64,000 bases of DNA from Candidatus Berkelbacteria bacterium RIFCSPLOWO2_01_FULL_50_28 (GTDB lineage: Bacteria; Patescibacteriota; UBA1384; 2-12-FULL-50-11), in the NCBI GenBank assembly GCA_001774395.1, contig MEZX01000002.1, positions 402,108 to 466,107 on the forward strand, read 5' to 3'. Shown here one piece after another: positions 18,681-27,989 of the stretch. Positions within the stretch are counted from its first letter, which is position 1. Each line of letters opens with the position of its first letter. The position numbers and the translations under genes are program-made. A model generated the notes under the pieces. It was not told the origin of the DNA. It was given only the letters and a program-made list of their open reading frames with translations, and made no database searches.

Positions 18681-19340
18681 ATGATCCCAGAAGACTTACT
18701 AAAAGATCTCTACTACTCCAAGCGGAAGTCCTCCTTTGAGATTGGCGAGAGTCTTGGCTGTTCAGTACATAAAGTGAATTACTGGATGGACAAGTTTCAA
18801 CTAGTGCGTCGTTCTCAATCGGAAGCAACTTATGTAAAGAAAAACCCGAACGGGGATCCTTTTGTACTGCGTAAGCCTGGTTCAGTAGATGAGGGCGTCT
18901 TATATGGACTCGGACTAGGACTCTATTGGGGGGAGGGGACAAAAGCGTCAACCTGTGCGATCAGGCTTGGGAACACCGACCCAGAATTGTTAGCGCAGTT
19001 CATTAACTTTTTGTGTCACTTTTATTCCCTGAAAAAGGATACTTTACATTTTAGTCTTCAGCTCTTCCACGACAATAATGTCAACGAATCATTGGATTTT
19101 TGGTGTAAATCACTTAGAATTGATAGGAGGCAATTCTCGAAGCCTGTTTTCTCGCCCTCCCAGTCAAAGGGGACTTATAAACGGAAGGCGCGGTATGGTG
19201 TGGTTACGGTACAATTCAATAACACCAAGCTTCGTAAGATTATTTCTCAACAGCTTGCCAAGATAGCTCAGTTGGTAGAGCACGTCATTGGTAATGACGA
19301 GGTCACGGGTTCGATCCCCGTTCTTGGCTCAGAAAGGTAA
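18681..19340 (+). CDS. HTH plus single LAGLIDADG-like domain protein (homing-endonuclease-like)
   Basis: N-terminal HTH (LYY..KSSFEIGESLGCSVHKVNYWM); LGLYWGEGTK...IRLGNTDPELLAQFINFL; ORF runs through tRNA-Thr. Confidence 0.72.
   Translation: MIPEDLLKDLYYSKRKSSFEIGESLGCSVHKVNYWMDKFQLVRRSQSEATYVKKNPNGDPFVLRKPGSVDEGVLYGLGLGLYWGEGTKASTCAIRLGNTDPELLAQFINFLCHFYSLKKDTLHFSLQLFHDNNVNESLDFWCKSLRIDRRQFSKPVFSPSQSKGTYKRKARYGVVTVQFNNTKLRKIISQQLAKIAQLVEHVIGNDEVTGSIPVLGSER
19257..19329 (+). tRNA. tRNA-Thr(GGT)
   Basis: GCCAAGA/TCTTGGC stem, TTGGTAA anticodon loop, TTCGATC T-loop. Confidence 0.95.
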
Positions 19341-19346
19341 AATTAA

Positions 19347-19511
19347 ATGGCAAAAAAATCAGCGCGCGAACAGATCAAAATGGAGTGCACAGTTTGTAAG
19401 ACTTGTAATTACCACTCCGAAAAGAACAAAACCAACACCACCACTCGGGTGGAATTGAAGAAGTTCTGCAAGCTCTGCAAAAAAGTTCAACCGCACAAAG
19501 AAGGAAAGTAA
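19347..19511 (+). CDS. rpmG: 50S ribosomal protein L33
   Basis: 54-aa ORF absent from the track: MAKKSAREQIKMECTVCKTCNYHSEKNK...VELKKFCKLCKKVQPHKEGK. Confidence 0.95.
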   Translation: MAKKSAREQIKMECTVCKTCNYHSEKNKTNTTTRVELKKFCKLCKKVQPHKEGK

Positions 19512-19643
19512 TCATCGCTGAAATCCGGGCAAACCGCAGTAAGAGCCGGTAGTTTGCTTGTATAAAATATTTTTATCTCTATGTTGCTAGTATTAGCAAT
19601 CTTGCTACGTACATTGGCATATCAGCCAGTATAGGAGTTCATT

Positions 19644-21038
19644 TTGAGATTAAAAGCTACACTCGTTTCCATCTGTCCGACTGAGGCGGCTACGCAGGCC
19701 GGTAGGCCTTCGCTTACCCCCGAGCTATTGGCTGCCAGCGGTGCGCGATATTCCCGCAATAACGAAGGCTTGGATGCAATCTTGGCCAAAATCGACTGGA
19801 ACAATCTGGACAAATCCGTGGACGGCATCTTCAGGATGATCGACTACGGACATCAAAGCATTACCGATATGTCGCCAGTGGCGATATTCATCGACGGCGC
19901 GTCGCAATACCTTGTCTATCTGCTCTGGGCCATTTGCCAAGTAGTGGGAGGGCAGGAGTCATCGACTCGGTTTATCCTGATGAATCGAGAGGGTTTGATC
20001 GATCCGCAAACGCTGGGGATTCCCGAAGAGCTTCGTGCCGAATGGTCCGAATACAATGAGCGTGCCTTCAGTGCTTACCATCAAGCCTTGGCTTGTTGGG
20101 AGCACCGACTCGATGAAACCCCGCAGCTTGCTCGCATCCCAACGAGTTTGCTAGAGGCGACTGACGATAAATCGATCGCCGCCGTAGCTCGGATGAAGCG
20201 GAACTACGGTTTCGATCGATCGCGCTACTTCGTGCCGACCGGCATGGGAACCAACGTCATGATGATCATGCCGGCGCGTGAATGGGCTAAGCTCTGTCGG
20301 TATCTCCACTCACATATGCTCTCTGAAGCCCAGCAGCTCGGCGCAATGATCATGGAAGAGCTCAACCTCGTCATCCCGCGCTTGTTGAAACATGCCGTCT
20401 ACGATGACGAAACCGTGGATCAGATCTGGGACGAGTTTGATGAAGATCGGGAGAGTCTCGGTAATCCCAGTGATCTCCTGGAGGTCTACCCGACTCCTTA
20501 TCTCGATATCATGCCTGCTCGAGGTACGACCGAGGAAGATGTCGTCAAGGCGCTCAAACATCACAATAATCGCTACGGTCCATTTGGTCGAGCGATTAGG
20601 AGGATGTCAGTCAGATACGGTGTCGACGCCGTTACCCTTGGAGAAATCCGGGACTTCAACCGGCATCGGACGGGCGAGAAGTTCTGCCCACAGACACCTC
20701 TTGGATTCTATTGTGCTCTCGACCAGTGTCAAGACGACCCGGAGACTCTGAAGATCATCACCGAGCTTCATGAAGTCGGTGTTTCATCTACCAGACAGGC
20801 AGCCAAGCTGCTCAAGGCCGGTGACCCGACCTATGCGTACTGGCTGTTGCTTGGGACGCAGTTCCCTTTCGAACAAACGACCACCGGCAACAAAGCCATC
20901 TACACTTGGGAGCTACGGACCGGTCCGGGCGCGCACTATCGCTACGCCGACCACTTCCGTTGCATCCTCGAACTCTGGTATCAGCAATATCCTCAAACAA
21001 GAGGGCTGATCAAGGAGGGCTTGGCCGAGCCGGAATAA
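19644..21038 (+). CDS. thyX: Flavin-dependent thymidylate synthase, long tandem-domain type
   Basis: ARYSR, DYGHQSI, QESSTRF, FDRSRYF, RDFNRHRT, YTWELRT..GAH..Y. Confidence 0.85.
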   Translation: MRLKATLVSICPTEAATQAGRPSLTPELLAASGARYSRNNEGLDAILAKIDWNNLDKSVDGIFRMIDYGHQSITDMSPVAIFIDGASQYLVYLLWAICQVVGGQESSTRFILMNREGLIDPQTLGIPEELRAEWSEYNERAFSAYHQALACWEHRLDETPQLARIPTSLLEATDDKSIAAVARMKRNYGFDRSRYFVPTGMGTNVMMIMPAREWAKLCRYLHSHMLSEAQQLGAMIMEELNLVIPRLLKHAVYDDETVDQIWDEFDEDRESLGNPSDLLEVYPTPYLDIMPARGTTEEDVVKALKHHNNRYGPFGRAIRRMSVRYGVDAVTLGEIRDFNRHRTGEKFCPQTPLGFYCALDQCQDDPETLKIITELHEVGVSSTRQAAKLLKAGDPTYAYWLLLGTQFPFEQTTTGNKAIYTWELRTGPGAHYRYADHFRCILELWYQQYPQTRGLIKEGLAEPE

Positions 21039-21056
21039 GCCACGGCAACTATCGCA

Positions 21057-21086
21057 CCCTTCGTGTCTCCGGACGCGAAGGGTGAA
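21057..21086 (+). terminator. Hairpin after thyX
   Basis: CACCCTTCGTGTC-TCCG-GACGCGAAGGGTG followed by an AT tract. Confidence 0.65.
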
Positions 21087-21207
21087 TTTAATTAAAAAGC
21101 CCTTCGCAGGACAGGGGCGGTGATTAACCGCAGAAACAGCGCTCAACTTCTTATGGGGCATTTCGTTCCTATTTGCAAGACCAAGTTGAATGACCTACAT
21201 TTGGAGG

Positions 21208-21750
21208 ATGTTTCGTCTCGTCGCCGTTGTTGGTTTAACAGGTTCCGGTAAGTCAGAAGTAGTTAGTGAATTTGAAGGGGCTGGTTTCGCTAAGATTTAT
21301 TTTGGTAGCCTAACTCTGGAGAAACTCAACGAAGAAAAGCTTGAAGTAAACGAAGCTAACGAGCGAATGATGCGCGAAAAATTGCGCGCCGAGCACGGCA
21401 TGAGCGCCTATGCAAAATTGAATATTCCCAAAATCGAGGTCGAAATATCAAAAGGTGATGTGGTTATTGACGGCTTATACTCCTGGGAAGAATACACAGC
21501 TCTGAAAGAAAAGTTTCCTACGATGGAAGTTGTGGCCGTTTACTCTCCACCAGTTCTGCGCTACGAAAGACTTGCCAGCCGTCCCGTTCGTCCGCTCACC
21601 AATGCGGAAGCCCAAAGTCGTGACTCTGCCGAAATCGAAAATCTTCACAAAGCCGGGCCGATCGCGATGGCCGACTACACGATTAGTAACACCAGTACTG
21701 TTGTGGAGTTGAAAAATGCAGTACAACAGATTTTGAATGGCAACAACTAA
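21208..21750 (+). CDS. P-loop nucleotide kinase (dephospho-CoA/NMP kinase-like)
   Basis: GLTGSGKS Walker A, VVIDG, RYERL..R, MADYTI.N; overlaps dCMP deaminase. Confidence 0.8.
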   Translation: MFRLVAVVGLTGSGKSEVVSEFEGAGFAKIYFGSLTLEKLNEEKLEVNEANERMMREKLRAEHGMSAYAKLNIPKIEVEISKGDVVIDGLYSWEEYTALKEKFPTMEVVAVYSPPVLRYERLASRPVRPLTNAEAQSRDSAEIENLHKAGPIAMADYTISNTSTVVELKNAVQQILNGNN

Positions 21751-22186
21751 AGACAAAAATAAAAGGGCGAGTTGGGACGAGTATTTCATGGCAATTGCCC
21801 GAGAGGTGGCTACTAGATCAACATGCGATCGTAAAAATGTTGGAGCGGTGCTGGTGCGCGACAAAATGATTCTTACCACCGGGTATAACGGTTCAATTCG
21901 TGGCTTGGCGCACTGCGACGAAGTTGGGCACGAGATCGTTAACGATCACTGCATCCGCACTGTGCACGCTGAAACAAATGCGATCGTTCAGGCCGCCCGC
22001 AACGGAGTTTCAATCGAAGGAGCTACACTCTACATTAACGCCAGCCCGTGCTGGGACTGCTTTAAACTACTGGCCAACGCCGGCATCAAAAAAATTGTCT
22101 TTGGCGAATTTTACCGCGAACAAAGAATTCACGATGTTTCGCTCGAGCTCGGCATCGCCCTGATCGACTTCTCGAAGAAGGTTTAG
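21737..22186 (+). CDS. dCMP deaminase (ComEB family)
   Basis: WDEYFM, RSTC, TGYNG, HAETNA and PCWDC zinc motifs. Confidence 0.95.
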   Translation: MATTKDKNKRASWDEYFMAIAREVATRSTCDRKNVGAVLVRDKMILTTGYNGSIRGLAHCDEVGHEIVNDHCIRTVHAETNAIVQAARNGVSIEGATLYINASPCWDCFKLLANAGIKKIVFGEFYREQRIHDVSLELGIALIDFSKKV

Positions 22187-22201
22187 TAAACTTGACCATA
22201 T

Positions 22202-22274
22202 AGGGGTGTAGCTCAGTTGGTAGAGCGCTTGTCTCCAAAACAAGAGGCCGCAGGTTCAATCCCTGTCACCCCTG
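22202..22274 (+). tRNA. tRNA-Trp(CCA)
   Basis: AGGGGTG/CACCCCT stem, CTCCAAA anticodon loop, TTCAATC T-loop. Confidence 0.95.
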
Positions 22275-22278
22275 CAAA

Positions 22279-22737
22279 ATGTTTCAAGACGAGCCTTTTC
22301 TTGCTTACGCAAATAATTCTTACGGCTTTTGGAACGCGTCTCAGCAATTAGACGAGAACCGTCACGCGTATGGTCATATAGTTAGTTTCTGGAACTTGCT
22401 TTTCAGTCTAGAGTTGAGCCTAAAGGGTCTGATAATGAAAAACACTAAATCATTATTGATTGGGCACGAACTTAAGAACCTCAGGGTAAAGTGTGCAAAT
22501 TACTTCAATTTTACTGAGCGTGAAAAAAAGGCCATCGACTTTTGGGATCCTTATTACTCTGGGTCGGGTGGATTCAAGTATCCTAACCCTAACTATGAGG
22601 CAAACTACTTTCCTCACGATTTTTCTATACTAAGTCGGCTAGTGCAGAGAATATTAGAGGAAGTCTATGGGGATAATGGACATTGGGAGTTTAAACTATC
22701 TAAAGAACTTGTTGGGTTAGAGCACATACCAGAATGA
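22279..22737 (+). CDS. HEPN-domain-like protein
   Basis: SLELSLKG...GHEL...FKYP pattern of the classic HEPN fold; AT-rich. Confidence 0.6.
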   Translation: MFQDEPFLAYANNSYGFWNASQQLDENRHAYGHIVSFWNLLFSLELSLKGLIMKNTKSLLIGHELKNLRVKCANYFNFTEREKKAIDFWDPYYSGSGGFKYPNPNYEANYFPHDFSILSRLVQRILEEVYGDNGHWEFKLSKELVGLEHIPE

Positions 22738-23315
22738 AGATTTATCTTATACGTCACGGAGAAACTACTGGAGATCTAGAGAACCGTTACGGCGGCGATT
22801 ACGACGATTCACTAACTGAAGAAGGCTTAAAGCAGGCGGAACAACTCGCAGAAGAACTTAAGGACCTAGGTATCGAGGTAATCTACTCGAGTCCATTAAC
22901 GCGAGCTCGACTTACTACAAGCAAACTATGCGACAAACATCGCTGTAAAGTAGTCACGCTTCCTGGGGTGAAGGAACGTAACTTTTACGGCATTCTGACC
23001 GGAATGACGAAGGAAGAAGCGTTTCAAAAACACGCTGATATAGTTCATTTGCTCGAAGACCGGAACAATACATTGCCGGGTGGCGATTCCTACGGGGATT
23101 TTAGCAGCCGAGTCGAAGAGGCCTGGGATCAAATTACAGACCCTACTTACGAAACAGCGGCTGTTGTGACACACGCTGGTCCCATTCGGTGTATTTTCCG
23201 TGACATACTAGGTAAGGGTGAATTAGGAAAAATTGGTGACTGTTCTTATGTTTATCTTTCCGACGAGTCAGGCGACTGGGAGATTATGAGTGCTAAAGGC
23301 GTTCAGCTTCAGTAA
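22734..23315 (+). CDS. Histidine phosphatase family protein
   Basis: RHGET, SSPLTRA, ERNFYG, VTHAG. Confidence 0.93.
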   Translation: MKIYLIRHGETTGDLENRYGGDYDDSLTEEGLKQAEQLAEELKDLGIEVIYSSPLTRARLTTSKLCDKHRCKVVTLPGVKERNFYGILTGMTKEEAFQKHADIVHLLEDRNNTLPGGDSYGDFSSRVEEAWDQITDPTYETAAVVTHAGPIRCIFRDILGKGELGKIGDCSYVYLSDESGDWEIMSAKGVQLQ

Positions 23316-23380
23316 TTCAATGAACGAAGTGAATGAACCCGGGTATAATCAGTACGCAGTGAACACCTAATGGAGTACAA

Positions 23381-24031
23381 ATGAAACTTTTTCTCTCTTC
23401 TCTGGCTGTTCCTAAGTCCCAAACCGTTGAGTTCCTAAGCTTGGTTGGTAAGCCCGCAAGTGAAATACGGCTGGCACTAATTGAAAACGCTGCGGACGTC
23501 TACCCCGAAGAGCGGAAGAGTTTTATAGAGCGAGACCGCTCGATGCTAAAAGAAACCGGCGTACAAATTACCCGGGTCGACTTAAACAAGTTTAACGGCC
23601 CAGAGGAAGTAAGACAGGCGTTACAAGGATTCGATGTAATCTGGCTAGGCGGCGGCAATGCTTATTATCTTCGTTGGGTTTTGAAGAAATCCGGATTCGA
23701 CCAAGTTATTAGGTCGCTACTCGAAAGTGGAACCGTTTACGGCGGGGGCAGTGCGGGGGCAATTGTAGCTGGACCAACTTTGAAGCATTTTGATCTTGCT
23801 GACGAACCAGAGAAAGCGCCGGAACTTATTGAAGGTGGCTTAAGTCTCACGGACAAGGTAATCATCCCTCATTGGGGCCATTCTAGATTTGGCGAACCTA
23901 CCAGGCAAATTAAAGAACTCTTTTCGGACGGTGAATTTCAAACTATTGAGATAACAGACGAGCAGGCTGTGGTTATTAACGCTGACGAAGTCAAAATAAT
24001 CCCAACCAATAATGGAAAGCCTGCGAAATGA
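23381..24031 (+). CDS. Peptidase E (S51) family protein
   Basis: IWLGGGN, YGGGSAGA nucleophile motif, IPH. Confidence 0.9.
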   Translation: MKLFLSSLAVPKSQTVEFLSLVGKPASEIRLALIENAADVYPEERKSFIERDRSMLKETGVQITRVDLNKFNGPEEVRQALQGFDVIWLGGGNAYYLRWVLKKSGFDQVIRSLLESGTVYGGGSAGAIVAGPTLKHFDLADEPEKAPELIEGGLSLTDKVIIPHWGHSRFGEPTRQIKELFSDGEFQTIEITDEQAVVINADEVKIIPTNNGKPAK

Positions 24032-24519
24032 ACGAATCTGCGAAGAATTCTTTTCAGACTAGAAAAGCAAAGCCAAGTGATTTAGCTGCCATTAAATCTG
24101 GCCTAATCGATTCTTGGACAGAACATGCCAGACGCGAGCCCACGCTTCTGGACGAAGAACAGATGCGGAACGTTGGTGTCGAGTCATATTATAAAGACGC
24201 CTTCGAAAGCGATAAGACGTTCGTTTTTGTGGCAGAAGTTGACGGGAAATTCGCTGGCGTGCAAAGAGCTGACATTCAAGAAATCCCTCATTTCTATAAA
24301 GACAACAAGATTCTTTACCTAGATGATGCGTACGTCTCACCTGAATTTCGGGGCCAGGGAATTATTGGGGCTCTGATTAAGGAAGTCGAGAAAGTGGCTA
24401 AAGAGCGAGGAATAAAAAGAATTCAAACCCGGGTTTACACTTACAATAAGCCGATGCAGCGAGCCCTCGAAAAGCTGGGCTATCATATGCCGCACTCAAG
24501 TTGGGACAAGCTAGTTTAG
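24028..24519 (+). CDS. GNAT acetyltransferase
   Basis: YVSPEFRGQGI acetyl-CoA motif, N....EKLGY. Confidence 0.9.
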   Translation: MNESAKNSFQTRKAKPSDLAAIKSGLIDSWTEHARREPTLLDEEQMRNVGVESYYKDAFESDKTFVFVAEVDGKFAGVQRADIQEIPHFYKDNKILYLDDAYVSPEFRGQGIIGALIKEVEKVAKERGIKRIQTRVYTYNKPMQRALEKLGYHMPHSSWDKLV

Positions 24520-24525
24520 CCACTC

Positions 24526-24954
24526 ATGAAGATCTCCATCGTTCGAAGAAAAACAATAGCTATCGAGGAATTCGAAGGAACTGAATGGCCGATTGCCGAT
24601 GTTGAGCACTACGGTAGGGATGATGTTGAGTTTAAGGCTAAACATTACTTCTTAAAGGCCGAACAAGACGGCACGATCTGGGGGATTTTGCAGATGAAAA
24701 TCCGAGCCGGAGTTTGTACCGTCAGCGATGTTTTGGTCTCGCACGAAAAGCGCGGGCAGGGGATCGGCAAAAAGCTGATGCATGAAGCGGAAAAAATTGC
24801 CACGAAGCAAGGTGCCCACAAAATTTTCCTCATCACCGGCAGAGACTGGAAAGCGGCCGATTTTTACAAATCCCTTGGCTATAAAGTTACCGGCGAAAGG
24901 CAAAACGACCTAGCCCACGCTGACTTTATTGAATTCGCGAAGTTTCTCGGTTAG
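24526..24954 (+). CDS. GNAT acetyltransferase
   Basis: VSHEKRGQGIG, FYKSLGY. Confidence 0.9.
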   Translation: MKISIVRRKTIAIEEFEGTEWPIADVEHYGRDDVEFKAKHYFLKAEQDGTIWGILQMKIRAGVCTVSDVLVSHEKRGQGIGKKLMHEAEKIATKQGAHKIFLITGRDWKAADFYKSLGYKVTGERQNDLAHADFIEFAKFLG

Positions 24955-25023
24955 CTACTTTGAGTGATTGGTCCGTATCCCCCTTGAGCTCGGGGGCGAA
25001 TATTTTCGTACGATGCCTGCCAA

Positions 25024-25890
25024 TTATGTCTGAACGAATGTTGGGTTAGATTTCCGGCTTAAAAGCGGGTAGTAGATCTGGTTCAGGAAAATTCCAACAT
25101 AGACGAGATTAATGATTACCAAATCTTGGCCGGTAAAGACAAAAATCAAGTTTACGGCGAAAGCTGAAGTCGTTAGAACTGACAATTGATGCAAGACATA
25201 GCCGTTACGATAGAGAATAACTGCCAGAGCAAAAAGCCAGAGCGGCAAAGTTACCGCCCAAGTGACGTTAAGGACTAAAGTTGTAACCAGAATCGTTACA
25301 AGAATCGCCACCGTGCTGAGAGTTTTTGCGATCGGTATTCCTAACACAACTGGCAAGGTCTGTTTGTTGATTTTGGCGTCATGTTTGACGTCACGGATAT
25401 CACCGACCAAGCTGCGGGCAAAAATTAATGACACAATTGCCCCAGCCAGCCACCAAATCTCGCCCGTTAGCGGGGCGTTATAAAACGCAATTGCAAAGAG
25501 TAGGTAAGAGGCCTGAATCAAGCCGCGAACAAGGTTATTTATCTGCCCAAAGAATCGAACCCGTTCTTTCAATAGATAAGCGACGACGAAAACCGTTGAG
25601 ATCACAACCCAAACTAAAGTGGTGTTGTTTCCTACGTAGCCAAGTACTACGGCGGTCAGTAAAGCGATTATAGCTGGAAAGACCGACATCGTTCCTCGTT
25701 CTTGATAGCCTTTCACGAGCTCCAGGAGGATATTATAGAAAGCCCAGAGTAGCAGGATAGCGGCGGCCAGATAGAAATCTTTTGTCTCGAAACCGAGCTG
25801 GTTGTTCACCCAGAACTTAGCTAGCCAACCCAGTAGAATAAAATCTACCCAAGAGTACGGTCGCAGGTTAAGTAGATAGTGTTTAAACAT
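25024..25890 (-). CDS. UbiA-family prenyltransferase
   Basis: LRPYSW start, many TM helices, GDIRDVKHD...KQTLPVVLG. Confidence 0.8.
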   Translation of the reverse strand: MFKHYLLNLRPYSWVDFILLGWLAKFWVNNQLGFETKDFYLAAAILLLWAFYNILLELVKGYQERGTMSVFPAIIALLTAVVLGYVGNNTTLVWVVISTVFVVAYLLKERVRFFGQINNLVRGLIQASYLLFAIAFYNAPLTGEIWWLAGAIVSLIFARSLVGDIRDVKHDAKINKQTLPVVLGIPIAKTLSTVAILVTILVTTLVLNVTWAVTLPLWLFALAVILYRNGYVLHQLSVLTTSAFAVNLIFVFTGQDLVIINLVYVGIFLNQIYYPLLSRKSNPTFVQT

Positions 25891-26383
25891 AGTGTTCTCG
25901 GTAAACTTCGTGGATCTGTTGATTTATCTCATCTAGATTATTAATAAAAACAACTTTCTTATCACGAAGAATCTCGTCGCTCTTGAGGGTCTTATAGCTT
26001 TGCGAATTGTTGGTGACAATGCGGGTCAGATTGCTCTTAATCATCCAGTCTCTCAACCAGTGGAGTTGGTCGTTCACAAAATAGACAAGTGGCTTGTTTT
26101 TGCCAGCGAACCAGCCGGTTTCAAATGAGCAGTCATTACCAAATTCCGGCAGAGCAAAACCGATATGAGCTTCTTGCATCGCATTTATATCAGTATTAAC
26201 CACGGGCTGAGGAATTTTCGGGTGCTCGAGATTATAGGGATTATGGTGATGAGGAATAAATATCTCAATAGGAGCTTTAAAGTGTGAGCACACTTCTTCA
26301 TTCCAGTCGTGCGCATCCTTGGAGATTCGAGCAATCAGGTAGAGTTTTGCTGTCTTTGGTTTCTTGGTGCCGAATAAACCCAT
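25883..26383 (-). CDS. Nucleoside 2-deoxyribosyltransferase-like protein
   Basis: LYLIAR, FIPH, DINAM..AH, GNDCSFETGW..GKNKPLV pattern. Confidence 0.65.
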   Translation of the reverse strand: MGLFGTKKPKTAKLYLIARISKDAHDWNEEVCSHFKAPIEIFIPHHHNPYNLEHPKIPQPVVNTDINAMQEAHIGFALPEFGNDCSFETGWFAGKNKPLVYFVNDQLHWLRDWMIKSNLTRIVTNNSQSYKTLKSDEILRDKKVVFINNLDEINQQIHEVYREHYV

Positions 26384-26636
26384 ATGGCAACTATAGTGTT
26401 TTTTGGAGTTATTGTTAAGGTACGAGCCATCTTAAATAGTTGAGCCCCAGTAACTTGGTAATTGCTTCAAAATGGTTCGGATCTACCCCGTATTCTAGTG
26501 AGAGGCTGTGGATTGTGTCGTGCAAGGGATACAACGTAAGAAACGGCTCGCCCGCATGAATTTCACCCGTTTTAGGGCTGTTGACGTCTGCATAATTGCC
26601 ACGTATTGTAGATATAACAGAGTAAAAGGAGGGGAT

Positions 26637-27209
26637 TTGGAAACTCAAGCGCGCCCCGAGGCGCCAAGACAAACAGGAGAGATCGCTTCGCTTGCCGCTG
26701 GTAAGCGGGTGATTGATACGTTCGGCAGTATCATCTTTTTTGTTGTGGTTATCGAGATTATCGTCTTGATCGGGCTCAATGCCTTCCAGCGTTCGCAAAT
26801 TAGTGCGACTACAGAGAAACTCAACGGTAAGAAGGGCGAATTGGCTCAAGTTGCCAACCAAAAAATTAACACCCAAATCGAAGACGTTCTTAACGGCTAC
26901 GAAGCCCTGGACAGCGCCTTAAGTAGCAAAGTTAAATGGAGTAATTTTTACGACAAGCTCGGCGCGGTAACCCCACGCAACATTTGGTTCTCCACGATAT
27001 CTGTTAGCGAGGGTGGCACTTTTCGAGCCGATGGCTTTGCGCCGTCGCTCTCTGGGCTAGCCCGCGGTCTAGTGGCCTGGCAGAGCGGCAAAAATACACC
27101 GCTAAGTGACGTGGCTCTGGTAAGCAACGGTTTTGTGACCCAAGGAAGTTCAAGGTTGGTTGGTTTTTCCATTGCTGGCACGATTTCAACGGGGAGTCTA
27201 AATGAATAA
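26637..27209 (+). CDS. pilN: PilN-like pilus alignment protein
   Basis: AGGAGG RBS then TTG at 26637; TM, coiled coil, WS..YDKL...TP.NIWF. Confidence 0.75.
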   Translation: METQARPEAPRQTGEIASLAAGKRVIDTFGSIIFFVVVIEIIVLIGLNAFQRSQISATTEKLNGKKGELAQVANQKINTQIEDVLNGYEALDSALSSKVKWSNFYDKLGAVTPRNIWFSTISVSEGGTFRADGFAPSLSGLARGLVAWQSGKNTPLSDVALVSNGFVTQGSSRLVGFSIAGTISTGSLNE

Positions 27210-27711
27210 TAAACGTCGGTACGGTATTTTTCTGTTGCTCTTGGCTGTTGCCGGGTGGTTTATCGGCGTCCGACCGCAGATGGATCAGTTCAAGGAGCGA
27301 TCGCTTAGTTACAAAGTTGTTCGGGAAGAGCATCAGTCTTACGTTCAACGTCTGAGTGATATCGAGAAAATCAAATCCAGCGGTGCCGCCATGGAAAAAA
27401 GTCTGGAAGCGTTCTACCTGGCCTTCCCGAGCTCGAGCCAAATTCCGGAAGTGTTGGTCATGATCGAATCACTGGCGGCGCGAAGCGGTATTGTACTTAA
27501 TAGTTCGGTTATCGGTTCGGCCGATGGCAACCAAGTGCCGGTTTCGCTGGCTTTTAGCGGTAATCTTAAAACGATGAAGAAGTTTTTGACGGCAATTTAT
27601 AATAATGTTCGAACGGCTTCTGTAAAATCCCAGACCGTTACTAGCGATGCCAGCGGTAACCTGAATGTGTCTCTACAATTGGGGCTGCTTTATTACGGAG
27701 GAGGCAAATAA
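27202..27711 (+). CDS. pilO: PilO-like pilus alignment protein
   Basis: TM, AFPSSSQIPEVL..IESLA..SGI, FSGNL...KKFL; follows pilN. Confidence 0.8.
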   Translation: MNNKRRYGIFLLLLAVAGWFIGVRPQMDQFKERSLSYKVVREEHQSYVQRLSDIEKIKSSGAAMEKSLEAFYLAFPSSSQIPEVLVMIESLAARSGIVLNSSVIGSADGNQVPVSLAFSGNLKTMKKFLTAIYNNVRTASVKSQTVTSDASGNLNVSLQLGLLYYGGGK

Positions 27712-27986
27712 TGGGTAACCGATTTATGGATAGGGTAGAAACTTTTGTTGGAATCGGCCTGTTACTTTTAGTAATCCTAGGATTCATCCTGCTACTAGTG
27801 ACCAACCTGCCAACTTCTTCCGACGTTGAAGCGAGAGCCAAATTGTTGAAACCTGTTCCGAGCGAAATCTTTGACGGCAGCAGCGAGATCAACCAGAAAA
27901 TTCGCCGTCTGACGGTACCAAGCGGAGTGCCAGTTGAAGTTAGCGGTGGGTCACTCGGCAAAACCGATGTTTTCAAGGGCCGTTAA
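27711..27986 (+). CDS. Small single-TM pilus-associated protein
   Basis: Translationally coupled between pilO and pilB; C-terminal LGKTDVF. Confidence 0.65.
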   Translation: MGNRFMDRVETFVGIGLLLLVILGFILLLVTNLPTSSDVEARAKLLKPVPSEIFDGSSEINQKIRRLTVPSGVPVEVSGGSLGKTDVFKGR

Positions 27987-27989
27987 TGC

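Noticed and set aside
18476-19256. Group I intron or intein hosting the LAGLIDADG-like ORF
   Set aside because: Both flanking tRNAs are uninterrupted, and no intron core or intein splice residues were recognised
22202-26600. Integrative island at tRNA-Trp
   Set aside because: No integrase and no duplicated tRNA-Trp 3' end found by eye
26415-26876. Minus-strand 153-aa ORF
   Set aside because: Overlaps pilN antisense with no recognisable motif; a short gene remnant at 26415-26590 cannot be excluded
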